Positions 12,009 through 23,889 of a DNA stretch of 64,000 nt are shown one piece after another. Source of the stretch: Dipteris shenzhenensis (taxonomy: Eukaryota); the NCBI GenBank assembly GCA_047967505.1, contig CM106538.1. One strand, 5' to 3'. Under the pieces are notes generated by a model. It did no database searches, had not been told where the DNA came from, and saw nothing but the letters and a program-made list of their open reading frames with translations. Each line of letters begins with the position of its first letter. The first letter of the stretch is position 1. The position numbers were made by a program, and so were the translations under genes.

Positions 12009-15000
12009 ACAATTTTACTTCTATATTATTTGTTTAGTGCTTTTTCTATATATCACTTCTATATTATTTGCTAGTGCTTTTTCTAAACATTTCTTCAATG
12101 AAAGATTTATTTATGTGGATTTTTCATGAAATAATTTTTATTGTCAAATGAAAAATGGATATTCTATTTTGTTTTTCATGAGAAAAATTGGTGTATCAAT
12201 TTATTTTTCAACTTACAAGTAGGGGAGTAGCTGAATTTTTGTCCCTGCTGCGTCGTCGTCCCGTCTGTCTCGTAGTCTGCAACCTCGCTCACTTCAATTT
12301 TTGTCTACCGCGCCCTTTTTGAGCATTGGATCAAATATTGATCCAATATCTCCCAATCCACCTCGCTTGTATGTTCGCGTGACAAATTGTAGATACACCA
12401 CGTGGACTTGCAGTCACCGTTAATCCTCAAGCCTCCTGTGGAAAAGTCTAAACGGCTATCTGGTATCAAGCTCCACAGCCTCCCTCTGTGTGTCAATTAC
12501 ACCATGTGCCAGCTATGCTTCTGCACCTCTACTACTGCATGCATCCACTAGCTACGCCTCTGCACAGTGCCATGTGTCATTCTCACGTGCTTTGCTCCAC
12601 CGAACCTCCTCCATGGTCCTCCGAAGCTCCCACGAAGCTCCATTTCAGCCTCTAAATCTCTCCACATTGAAACCTCCTCTTAAAGAATAGTGTAATATAT
12701 ATATATAATCTATATATCTAATATATATATATATATATATAAATGTATAAACATAAATTATATTTATAATAAATATAACTATCTATATTATCTATAAATA
12801 AAATAATTATATTTAAAATAAATATTTATTTATATTGATGTATATATCTAACGTGCCACGTTTGCAAGTCACGCCTCATGCCACATCATCCGGAGTCGTG
12901 TGTCGTGCCACATCATTGGTTGTTTGGTCACGCCACATCATCTGGCCTCCGACTCATCTGTGCCACGTCACCTTAAGCGAGTGCCATGTGTGTGATCTGC
13001 GCTACGCAGTGCCAGGTGTCGCGTTCCGCGGAGGTATGTCATCCCTCACTCTGATCGCGTGTACGAATAGTGTCTCGCCATGTGTCGAACCACTGCATCC
13101 AATCCGCCAGTCTGGCAGTCGCGTTGCGCGTCGGTCTGCCAGCCACCCCGCACACCTGTTCTCCCTTTGGCACGTGTTCTCATCTTTTGCCTCTGCCCGA
13201 CATCTAACGGTGCTGAAGCTCCACAACCTCCGATGGCTCTAACTGCAGTCTGCTGGCCTGCTACTGCCCACATTGTCTCGTTTTGGCGAGCCGCACCATG
13301 TGTGGGACGTTATCAACACCTCGTTGACCGATCATTAGACAGCCACCCTTGCTCCAGATCTCGCTGGTCGCCATGCAATGGTGTCGCGCCACGTGGTGTT
13401 GCCAATCACTTTGCCCAAGTCGTGTGCTAGGCTAGAGTCTAGACGTCCCCGAGCCAGAGCCAGCTAGACTGGAGACAGTGCGGAGTCTAGAGTCCAGACT
13501 TCCAGTTCGCGCTGCGCAGAGTAGACTAACCCGACTGAAGAGAAGCCATGGCATGGCCACGTGTCGCGAGTCCTCGCTTCCACTCCGCCACACAGTCTGC
13601 TATGCTGGACCTGCACGATGCGTGGCACAAGGAACTGCACGACATGTGGCATTCACGTACTGTCAGACTCGGTCAGTTTTCTGAGTCCTGCACCTCTGCA
13701 AGCCTCTGGTCTGACGCGAGTCAACATGTGGATTCCGATCTACGTGCCCATGTCACTCCTGCTTTGTTGCGCTGCGCCTACACCTCCCCACGTGGTGACT
13801 CTACGAGATGCGTTCTCTCCTCCCAGGCTCGGTTAGGATCCGAACCTCCTCCAAGCCTCCGAACCTCCCGCAAACCTCCCTTCTCTTTCCAAACCTTCAC
13901 GTCAAAACCTCTCCTTGAAGAATAGTATACATAGTATAGATGGCTACTTTCCCTGCTCCAAAAATTGGAGATGTTGTCGCCCTTGCCGAGTCTATGGACA
14001 CGGGCAGCGGGAACTTCGTGAGAGGTGGCTTTCAGCATGAATTTTGGGAGCTTGGCTTTTGAAGTTTTTGTTTCAGACGTCCTTTCTTATTTCAAAGTCG
14101 GTTGTTGTTCTTATTCGACAATTCCGTAGTCGAGCCACCGTGAGCCTCATTGCAACCCGTGGGACGTACTCTGTTGCCTCTGCATATAGGAAAACGACCA
14201 TCATCATATTAGTTCCTTAGATTTCAGTTGTCCCGCTATCCGGAGTCATCATCGTAGGAGTGAGGAAGTTCATAAAGTGCAATACGAACAACATCGAAAC
14301 CGGATCCAATACATGGAAGGCGTTCCGATGATTTTGGAAGCTAGTGGAGAAATTGCGAACGGGTGGTTGTGAAATCATTTGGCCTGAGAGCTTTGTTTTT
14401 TAAACAGAATTGGAGAAGTTTGGGAAGCCCACACGTTGACGCTCAAGGTGGATGCGGCCCTGTGGCTACGAAAGTAGGTGAGCACATTCGAGTGCACTGT
14501 GGTTTCGTGTTGACGTTGTGACAGAACATGGGTCATTTGTTTATCCACGTAGCTGGTGTGGTATCCTGCTCCACCAATTGCACAATCCATACCTCTTCGT
14601 CCCTTGCACAGATCTGTGTTCCAATGGATCCCTCGCAAGTGAAGCGACCTCAAAAGGAGGGCTTGTGCCTAAAGGTGCCAGGGAGTGTTTACTCATTAAC
14701 TAGGATCAAATTTCTCTTGCTTGTGCCTTCTAGTTGCGAAGTATGTGCTTGCATGGCTTGTGTAATCCATCTTCATGGTGCAGGGTTGTCATGTTTTAAA
14801 TGGCTCTACGAGTCTATAGAGTGGTGGTCGTTGATTTGTTGTAGATTTGTGGTGCCAATGGTTGTGCTTTACGGCTCTTAGTTGCGATCAGTGGTGCTAA
14901 GGTGCGGGTTGTTTTCATCATGTTATCTAGTCGCGAACAGTATGGGTCACATACTTGCAAACAAACCACAAATCATTTGTAGCTTCTCACACAAACTGGA

Positions 15001-15232
15001 ATTGGAGTTGTACAAAATAGTGGTCAAAATAAAAGCAATATAGTGGTCAGGCATGTTTTTCTCCAACATGCCAATTTAATAAACACCAAGACATCATACT
15101 TGAGAGAATGCGATAAAATATACAACAAAAACATCCAATAACCTTGGCAATGTTACATAGTCTCCTAAGCACTCTATGTGCCACCTAAACCACTGACCAT
15201 CTAGGATTTCTTTGTTGTGATTTCTTTTTTAG

Positions 15233-15510
15233 GCAAGAGACGTAGCTTACGCCACATATATGCAAGTGGATCTCACGGACTCTGATTGCTACGTCTTACG
15301 CCATCTATGCGAGTGGATCTCACGGACTCCGATTGCTACGAGATAGTTATTTTACATGTTTCCCACAACTATGTTTTCCAGTTAAGGGACATTCTTCAGG
15401 TGGAGGAATTTTACAAGATAGAGGACCCTTCAATAGCGAAAAAAGCCATCGACGAGGGCGAAACCTGTGATGTGTCTTTGCGTCTTGATGCAACAACTAG
15501 TGTCATGAAA
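15233..15510 (+). pseudogene. RPA70/OB-fold-like exon remnant
   Basis: VDLTDSDCYEIVI..V.QLRDILQVEEFYKIEDPSI...DVSLRLDATTSV follows the RPA1 DBD-A pattern; bounded by AG and GT; contains a ~49-bp internal duplication. Confidence 0.45.
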
Positions 15511-17559
15511 GTTTGGATATACGTGGCTAGGAACATCTCATACATGCACGCATGCCACTTGCTTGCTATTTCTTATTTCACTATCCTTGTAGTGGACCCT
15601 AAGGGTAGGCTTCGTGAAAGGCTGCTCGCCGCATTTGGCCGAAAGGTTTCTGATCTTGGCTATGATCAAACGGTAAGCTCGAGAAAAATTATGGTTACTG
15701 CTTGACAATTAACATTATGAATAGAAGTTTGGCCATGCTCATGCAAATGGAAATGCATTTTTGTATCTTCTGCGGAGAGGTCAATGGAGCTCTGCAGTTT
15801 GTTGATCTGAATGGACCTTTGGCAGAGTTTCAATGTGACGAGTGCGTGGGTCCCCATGTGAGCCGTGATCCAACTCACCCCTTTTGCTACTTATGCGGGT
15901 AGCCCACAGGACATCCTCTAAATCCCTTCACTCAAAGGCCTTGTAGGTGGCTCACATGTGGAAGTGAAGCTTCTTGGGGCATACATAGATGACATATTGT
16001 AGTTGCGGCACCTCTTCATGTAGTATTACAGGCATAGTGTGGTTGCTACCAGGAGCATCCTACTGGATCATCGACCTTCAGGTGATTTCACTACATGCAA
16101 CTCCAGCTTCATCAGTGACATGGCATTTGGTGCCGATACTTAAAGACAATCCCTATTAGCTTTCTGACCACTGTGTTCACCACAGGCATCTTATATTGTA
16201 CATAGCCTTAAATAAATTGTGGGGTGAAATGATGTACATAGTCTCAAACCACGGCAGGAGCCTGCACGTCTTGTAATAAGAAGATCTCTTTCTAGAAATG
16301 ACTTGTGATAAAGCCATGGGATGTTGTATTCTTTGTAATTGCGAGTGCATGAAGTGTTGCTTCTACTGATATTATTTAACTCCATAAGGAGAGGCTTCAT
16401 TGCATGCGGCTTGGCTTTACAAAAGCCATAGATGCGCCGTTTCACACCTACCTTTGCAACGACCAACTTAAGCATTGCAAATGGGGAAACTTAGTGATCC
16501 AAGGTCTCTTGACCCCTTGTATGTAGCCCTACCATGTGCACACTTGTTCCACACAACCATTGAATCACTCATTCTATTTATACCACGATCAGAGTTGTCA
16601 TATGCACCAAGTGGGGTGAATACAGTAATGAAAAGGAACACACCATGTGCCATCAATAATTACGTGAGAACTGGTTCCTAAGGCATGCCAAAATTCATCA
16701 TTGCATGCACATTGCACCAACATGCATAGATTTCCTCGATATAAGCACATAAATGCTTGCTTTCTTTAGGCCACGATCCAAGTTGGTCAATGCGGACATA
16801 CCACGAGTGCACCGACCATGAACAACCAAAATTCTACCAACGGTGATTGCTTACTTGCTTTTTAACACAGTGAAACTTCATGCATGTGGGCATAAAACAA
16901 GTACGACACTCAAAATAGAGAGAGAGTTTGATGGGACTCAAATTGCACAGATGTGCTCCTCTATCCAGGATGGCGTCAACCTTTTGGTTCTAGTAGGTTA
17001 TGGGGATAGCTGCATTAGTATCACCACGTTCGAAGTATTGGCCTAACTTATTGATGGGGACCTTGGCTATGTTCTTGGCTCTCCTCATGTGGTTGGTCAA
17101 CTTCAGTGTTGGTAGGACCTTGGGGCAAGAATTGCCCATTCATCCAGTTTCAAAGATCTCGCTAGAGGGTAGGATTTCCTCTTAATAAGGACATGATTGG
17201 CATCTTAACCTCTGTGGAGAGGAAGGTCACTAGACCAGCACTACTATCGCATGGTTCTTGAGAGGTCTCTCTACCTACTAATAGCAGATCCTCAAGACCG
17301 TAGATGTCTCCTTCCTCTCATATGTTTTATAGCATTGGGTCCTCTTGAACATTCGTTGCATCAAGTATGGAGCCTCTGATTTACCGGAGTTGGATAGTTC
17401 CTCTTCTTCCACCTGGTCTGTGGGGATTGAGGTGCCTTGGGGTTTTGCGGCATAGGCGTTTTGTCCTTGCATGCTTCTTCATTTCCTTGCCTATGGCCTT
17501 GGCCTACATCCTCGTGATGACCTTCAAGGGTACTGCCACTACTTAACCCTGTTCAATAC

Positions 17560-19440
17560 TCAGCAAATGGATGCTAGTACTCGGGCGAGGTGGCCGGAGT
17601 TGCTGGTCTCCTCAGGGGACAATCCTTGAAAAAATGCTCCACTCCACACCCAGCACACAAGGGCGTGGTGCTTGTTGTGGGTGGAACCACCAAGGTAAGA
17701 TCCATCCCTATACGGGCAATCCTTTAGAAAATGCAGCCCTTGGCATGTCAAGCGTGACATAGGAGGGTTCATTGAGCCCTTATACGGGCATTCACTTGCC
17801 TTGTGTGGACCTTGCCAAGTATAGAAATGGATCGGGGGCCTTCGTGCCATAGAGTTCATGTCTCTTGCCCTCACAGCCATGGGCACTATCTAGAACACTG
17901 GACAAGTTGATCCTACTGTAGGAGGTAGTGACTTATGATGCCACTTCCCTCCTCACAAGGGTAATAGTCAAGGTGTCTGTGATCCTGTTCCAGCTCCTCC
18001 TAGTCATAGGGTAATTCCTCCACCAACACTTAGTTGATTGGAGTTATATGAGGTGGGGGAGGTTGTGGACCCAGTATAGGTGGCGGCAAGGGAGTTGGTT
18101 GTGCCCTATATTTCCTTATGCTAGAGGGGCACCTTGCGCATTGGGTGGGGTCTTCGGGGCTAATGGGGGTCTCCCTTGATAGATCGATTGGAGAAGGACC
18201 TTGGAGAATTGGCATTGGGAGGTGTCTTGGTCTCCCCATCTATAGCAGTGTGCACAATAGAGTGCTTTCCTTGCCCTAAGGTGGCCCCATTCATTGGAGG
18301 GGTGATTGCACATTGTCTCTCCCTGGAAACAGGTGGGTATTACTCGGTGTTTCATTGGAGGTTCCTGACTTCCACTATTGGCCCAGCTGATTCAGTAGGT
18401 TGGAGGCCAACTCGCTCATATCCAAACCCTTAGGTTCATTGTTCTCCTTCTTGGTAGGCTTCGTATTGGAAGACCTTACCGATTGTGATACCTTGGATGG
18501 AGTTGTAGTTTTGTCGTGGACAACCTTATCCATCATATTATCACTTATACGGATGGCTACCTTGCTGCAGAGTTCAAAGGAAGTGGGATTCATAACCATT
18601 AACTGGTCATGCATTTTTGGGTTTGCCAATCCAATGAGGAAGCATGGCAATAATCGTTCATCGCTCATCCTCTCATGCGGTTCGCAGCAGGAATCAAGGT
18701 GTTTGATCCTAGCGATGTAATCATGGAGGGATTCCTTGTCATTATGTTTCACATCATATAATCGATTAATCGGGTCCACTTATGACCACTGGGGGTGAAT
18801 CCTACAATGAAATCTTTTCATAATGCCTCCCAGTTCACTTTCTCTTCTGAGATGATGGCCCTATACCATTGGCCTGGCTTGCCATCTAGACTAAGGCCAA
18901 AGGAATTAACCATTTCTAGATCTTCGGGAGCACCAAATGCTTCACATATTTGCTTGAATTTCTCCACATGGGAGATCGATTCTCCTTCCCCAAGAAATTT
19001 AGTTATCAACTTGGAAATGGCTATGGGTCGAATCCTAGAGGGATTAGTGATCCCTGATCGAAATACGGGTGCAGATGGGGGTGGGGCCGCCCCCCTTCCT
19101 AGTGTGTTCACCAAGATGTGCATTGCCTCATTCGATAGCACCGTTTGGGAAACTGGTGGAGGTGGCACCATTGTGGGCCTAATGGGTCATGGAGGCAGGG
19201 CCCTGGTGGTGGGAAATTGGTGGACGTGGCACCATTGTGGGCCTAATGGTTCGTAGAGGTAGGGCCCTAGTGGTGGGATCCACTAGGTTACCGGTACCAA
19301 TGTTGGGGATGTGAAGCGTGCTTGACCGTACATTGGGGATGCAGCTGTGGGAGAAAACTGTTGTACTTGGATGGTAAGGTGGAACTTGCAAGACCACATA
19401 GCTAGTGGCAAATGTCGAGGGCACCTGAAAGGTCAAAAGC
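17560..19440 (-). mobile_element. Gypsy-type LTR retrotransposon gag remnant
   Basis: KFLGEGE..HVEKF..IC, LDGKPGQWY, ESLHDYIARIK..FLIGL (retrotransposon gag); zinc-knuckle-like GPHKASECP and CQGLHFLKDCP; several stops and frameshifts. Confidence 0.8.
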
Positions 19441-21748
19441 TCATAAGAGTTTCCCCCTCGAAAGTCTCATGCATTTCCTCGGCCTCGGGGGGGTCACTAT
19501 GTATGAACCCTCTATATCACGTGCGTTCGAGGCCTATTTGTAGAATCCCTTATCTGTAAATTTTTCCTTAATAAAACGTACCCTTTTTCTATACAAATCT
19601 GTAAATTTTTTTACATTTCATTTTAAATGCTCCCTTATGTATATTAATTTTTGAGAAATTTAGGAAATAAAAATATCCTTCTGTTGAACTCACGTGATAG
19701 GGTTACATATGATGAGTGACCCCCCCAAGTCCTCGGCTAGGGTTTTGCCTTGCGAAGTCCCTCATCCATGGGTCTTTGTCATCCATGCGTTCCAAGTCAG
19801 AGTGCCCTATGAAGAGTGTGGGTCCTGAGTCCACAAAGGTGGCCTCAATCCCTGCTTGTGGTGGCGGAGGGGCTGGTTGTTGTTGCTAGCCTACCCTTTT
19901 TGCAAACATACTGGCAAAAGGGTTCTCCATATCTATTGAATTCGTTCGATGCAACCATCCAAATATGTTGGATATTGTACCTCTTAACTTGGAGGCTACG
20001 GAAGGAGCAGAAGAATTAGGTGGAGCTAAGTTGGTGTAGGGGGCTTCGAAAGCTCTCGTTCTGCAGTGTCTTGCATTTCCTCATTGAAGTTGTCCATCTC
20101 ATCAGAGCTAGAGGGGTCCTCACATCAAGGCCCTAACACTGAGTGAGAGCTAGGAATGGAGCTCCCAGTTGGAGTCAATCCTGAACTAGGGCGAAAACTG
20201 GGCTGAGCTTAGTTTGAAACACTATCCTCAGGCTTGGGTTCCTTGGAAAAAATTCTTCCAGACCTCAATTGCATGTATAAGATCTCCGTGGAGGTATGTT
20301 CTGCCTCAATTTTAATTTTGTATTTTTTTTTAACAGTGGGTTTATTCCCAAAGGTATCCTCATAGTCTTAGGGTTAGCTGTAAGGTGACGGGCATAGGGA
20401 TAGGCATAAGGTGGCAGGTGTAGGGATAGACTATTGACACATGTCAACGGTTTGGGGTGAGGATGGTATGCCCATAATCGTGGGGTTAGCACTAAAGCAA
20501 TGGGCTACGGGATGATCAAGTCGGCATGATGAGAATATGGTGACGGTTGAAGGGTTAGCTATAAGCCAATGGGAGTAGGGATAGACTTAAATCAACGGTC
20601 AATGGGTTAGATACCTCGGAGGTATGTGAGTATGGCAAAGGTGGTAGGGTTGATAGTAAGCAGATGGATCGTAGGCATAGGCTCAAGGCAATGGATCAAC
20701 GCTTGTCAGACCGACAGGATAGCAGATTCTGACACGTATTAATTAAGGTGGCGGGTTAGATGCCAGACAGCTGTCAGGATGTTTCAATGCATTTTTGACT
20801 GCAGGGATAGCACTAAGGCAACGGGTCATGGGGATAGCACTACGATGATGACCTGTGGGGATAGGAGATGTCTGAGAACACGACTTTTTCTGACCCTGTT
20901 TGGTGATTTTTAAGTTTTTGTTCTAGATTTGAGTGTTTGTGGGTGCTACGCACTACCTAAACTACCTACACTAAGCAAAAAAAAGGAAAAAATAGCAACT
21001 TTTGGTGCACAAATAGGAGATTTCTACATGTGGGACTGTCAACACTCAAAAACCACTTTGGCATTAGGGGAGAATCGGGGTCTCAAAAGGGCCTCCAATT
21101 AGTGTTTCCTAATTTCAAGGGATTAGAGAGTGATTTGAGGTGTACCAATGAGAGTGCTAGAAGGTGTGGGGCAATGGTATGTTGAGGTGGAGGGTGGGCA
21201 GGCCTGCAGAGAGCCCCTATTGGTTGCTCCCCTTACACTAGGGACAAGTACCCAAACCATCCCCCCCCCTCTTAACCCATGTTTGACCCTAATACAAGGT
21301 GCACCTCCCCCACATGAGCCCAAAACTGCCTTCAATGGGATGGTAGGGCCCTTTTGGTGAATTTTCTTCTCCCTCCCTCTTTCTAGGGCCTTTGCCTCCC
21401 ATTGTTCTAGTCCAGCCTGCCAAATCACTCCATTTTAACCAAATCCCATGCATTTTCCCTCTTCCCCCTCTTTCTCTGCTCCGTCCTGCTCTAGCTTGCT
21501 TGCTGCAACTCCTCTCTCTCTCTCTCTCTCTTGTGCCTCTATTGGAGCTGCTCTATCCCTCTCCTTCTCCCTCTCTTGTGCCTCTGTTGCTGCCTAAGGT
21601 TGCTGCTGCTCTGTCCCTCTCCTTCTCCCTCTTTTGTGCCTCTATTGGAACTACTCTGTCCCTCTCCTTCTCCCTCTCCTGTGCCTCTGTTGGAGCGGCA
21701 TTGCCCTATGTAGGAGTCCCATTCTTGCTGGTTGCAACCTCTCCAAGC

Positions 21749-22077
21749 ATGGTGAGGAGGAAGGCTACAAGATCACGCAATGTTGTGACCTCTTGTGTCT
21801 TCCACAACACCAGGAATGCATTGGATGAGTGGATCCCTTGCACCTACAACTTAAATGACTGAATAGTGATGAAAGGATCGGCCAAAGGTCCACATAAGCT
21901 TCCCAAGAGCAAGAGAGGTGAGATCTTGCATGAGTGGAATGGGTGCATCTTGAAGTTCAAGTTTGGAATGAAAGGATGGCTGGCAAAAGTGCAACATCTT
22001 TACATGAGAAAAGATATGCGGCTTCCTCCATCATTAAATCAATCTAGGATATCATCACACTATGAGCCTTTCCATCT
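21749..22077 (+). pseudogene. BAH-domain-like fragment truncated by the CACTA insertion
   Basis: TYNLND*IVMKG...EWNGCILKF..GWLAKVQHLYMRKDM resembles the BAH pattern Y.+GD.V...Y+A.I..+....V.WFY...+; one in-frame stop. Confidence 0.4.
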
Positions 22078-22310
22078 CACTACAAGGCAAAGGCCCTTTT
22101 TGGACAAAAATACCGACGTTTCTTACACTATTTTTTTTTTAAATGGGTGCAAAGGTTGTTATTAACGTCGTTATAAGCGTCGAAAAAGAACGGTCACTAT
22201 ATAGTGACACTAGGAATCATCGCTATATAATGACGCTAATAAACGTCGCTATATAGCGACACTGATAAACGTCGCTATATAGTGACACTGGTAAACGTCG
22301 CTATATAGCA
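22078..22310. mobile_element. CACTA/EnSpm terminus with subterminal repeats
   Basis: CACTACAAGGCAAA at 22078, followed by about five copies of the palindrome GTCRCTATATAGYGAC (first at 22193-22208). Confidence 0.85.
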
Positions 22311-22619
22311 AGGATTAACAAAATTTTAAAAAAAGCATTCGTGGGGCTAAACAGGGCCATAGCAAGCCCTATTTTGCCCCACTAATGTTTTTTTTTGGGT
22401 AATTACAAAAAAAAGTTTTTTATTACAAAATTTCCCTTGCAAAAAGGGTGATACAAAATCACTCAAATGAAATGATCGAGCAACAAAAGCATATACATGT
22501 CGAAGATATACAACATTTTTTGTTACAAAAAATCCCTTTCGAAAAAGGTGATACAAAATCACTCAAACAAGCCGATATACAAAATGATATACATGTCGAA
22601 GTATATGCAAACTACTACT

Positions 22620-23850
22620 ACTAGTCATTCGAATCGTCGTCATCCTCCTCCTCGTCCTCGTCTTGCTGGCTTGATCCTGGGTCCTCGTTAGCTGCACCTG
22701 CTCCCTGACCCTCGTCAGGTGCACCTGATCCCTGGCCCTCGTGATCGCTTGCCTCTGGTGATGGGACGCTTGAGCTTTGACCCTAAGAGTGAAACCATAT
22801 TAATTGAAAATTAGATTGGAACTTAAAGAATAAAACAATTTAAAAGGTGAGATTACAAGTAGGAGTAGACTTATATCGTGTGAGTAACCACCTTAGCCCA
22901 ATAGACCATCGCTCCCATTGGCTCCTGCTCAATAAACCACGACTCTGTTCCTATGTGAAACATGCGTCGTGTCTCTACATTTGTAGGAAGATGACCCATC
23001 GCAGGTTGCTATGGATCCAATTTACAAGAGTTAGATAAAGTGCATGTAATATGTAATAAAACAAATAGAACAATACATTAAATGAGAAGAAATAGACTTA
23101 CCACGGTTGCCTTGAATGCCAACTGTCCACCTGCACCAAAGTGCTAAGTACCTACAACATCTAGCCATCTCCTCGCAGCCCTCGAGCATTTTAGGATGGT
23201 GCCTATTATCTCTCCAGCAGCCGTGATTTGATAGGAGAGGTCCTTGATTGGGTAAGGAGGACTCATGGTACAGTGGCAGAGTCAGAGCAAGTGGAAGCTA
23301 TGCGAGCGCTTCCGAAGCGAGGAGTAGCCGTGGGAGTAGGAGAGTTCAAAGGACCTGACTGATACTATGTCTCGGGACCAAGTGGAGACTTATAGGGATG
23401 TGAGTGTGCTGACTCATCTACATCTCCTAAGTCAGCACAACATAAGCGGCCCCTCCTACTCTTCCTTCCCTTATGATAGGCACGCGCAGGTGATGACCCC
23501 TCGATCGAAGAAGCACGAGCGGATGGCTAGGCAGTAGGTCCAGCCGTCGATGTAGGAGAGGTAATTACTGAGGTCCTCTGTGATAGCAGAGAGAAGGATC
23601 TCATTGCCTCCTCATCGGTCATCTATGCTACAAACTCGTCGGGACTCCCGACAAAGCCATGGGCTGCTAGCAAAGGAGTTCGCCGAGGGGTAGTCACAGT
23701 GCTACCTTCGAGAGGAGTCTGGCCAGGGGTAGTCACAAGGGTATGCTCCTGAGGTGTTGCCTGAGAGGAATCAAAGTCCTCTGGAGCATAGAGATCGTGA
23801 TGTCTCCTCCTGCGAGGCTGTCCGTACTCATTGGACGTGCGACGTTATCC
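22620..23850 (-). pseudogene. degenerate spliced CACTA accessory gene, 3' part (S/P/T-rich, acidic C-terminus)
   Basis: Minus-strand splice-like junctions, GC-richer exon-like segments, ends EEEDDDDSND*; lies just inside the CACTA end. Confidence 0.4.
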
Positions 23851-23889
23851 CATGTCTATCGTAGATACAAAAACAAAAACAAAAAACAA

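Larger units (their letters stand above)
7543..12247 (+). mobile_element. hAT DNA transposon, 4.7 kb
   Basis: TIRs TAGGGACAAAA / TTTTGTCCCTG; perfect 8-bp TSD CTGCGTCG at 7535-7542 and 12248-12255; internal hAT transposase. Confidence 0.95.
7244..13940 (-). mobile_element. non-autonomous Helitron (~2 kb once the nested hAT is removed)
   Basis: Minus-strand 5' end TCTATACTA at 13940; 3' end has the hairpin ACCTGTC-N3-GACAGGT (7255-7271) 11 nt from a CTCG terminus; inserted between A7243 and T13941 with no TSD; a second 5'-end-like module at ~12600-12700. Confidence 0.8.
7027..14101 (+). repeat. ~192-bp tandem duplication whose second copy is split by the Helitron
   Basis: Copy 1 is 7027-7218. 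Copy 2 is 7219-7243 plus 13941-14101 (GGATACATCAAGCT..AAAGA|TGGCT...GAGAGGTGGCTTTCAGCATGAATT...TTCAAAGTCGG). Confidence 0.85.

Noticed and set aside
16191-16900. Possible LINE reverse transcriptase remnant
   Set aside because: Only a vague WNKC..G..LG resemblance; no RT motifs found.
21040-21100. Primer-binding site / LTR end for the adjacent Gypsy
   Set aside because: Only a poor match to TGGTATCAGAGC; better explained by the 34-bp inverted repeat.
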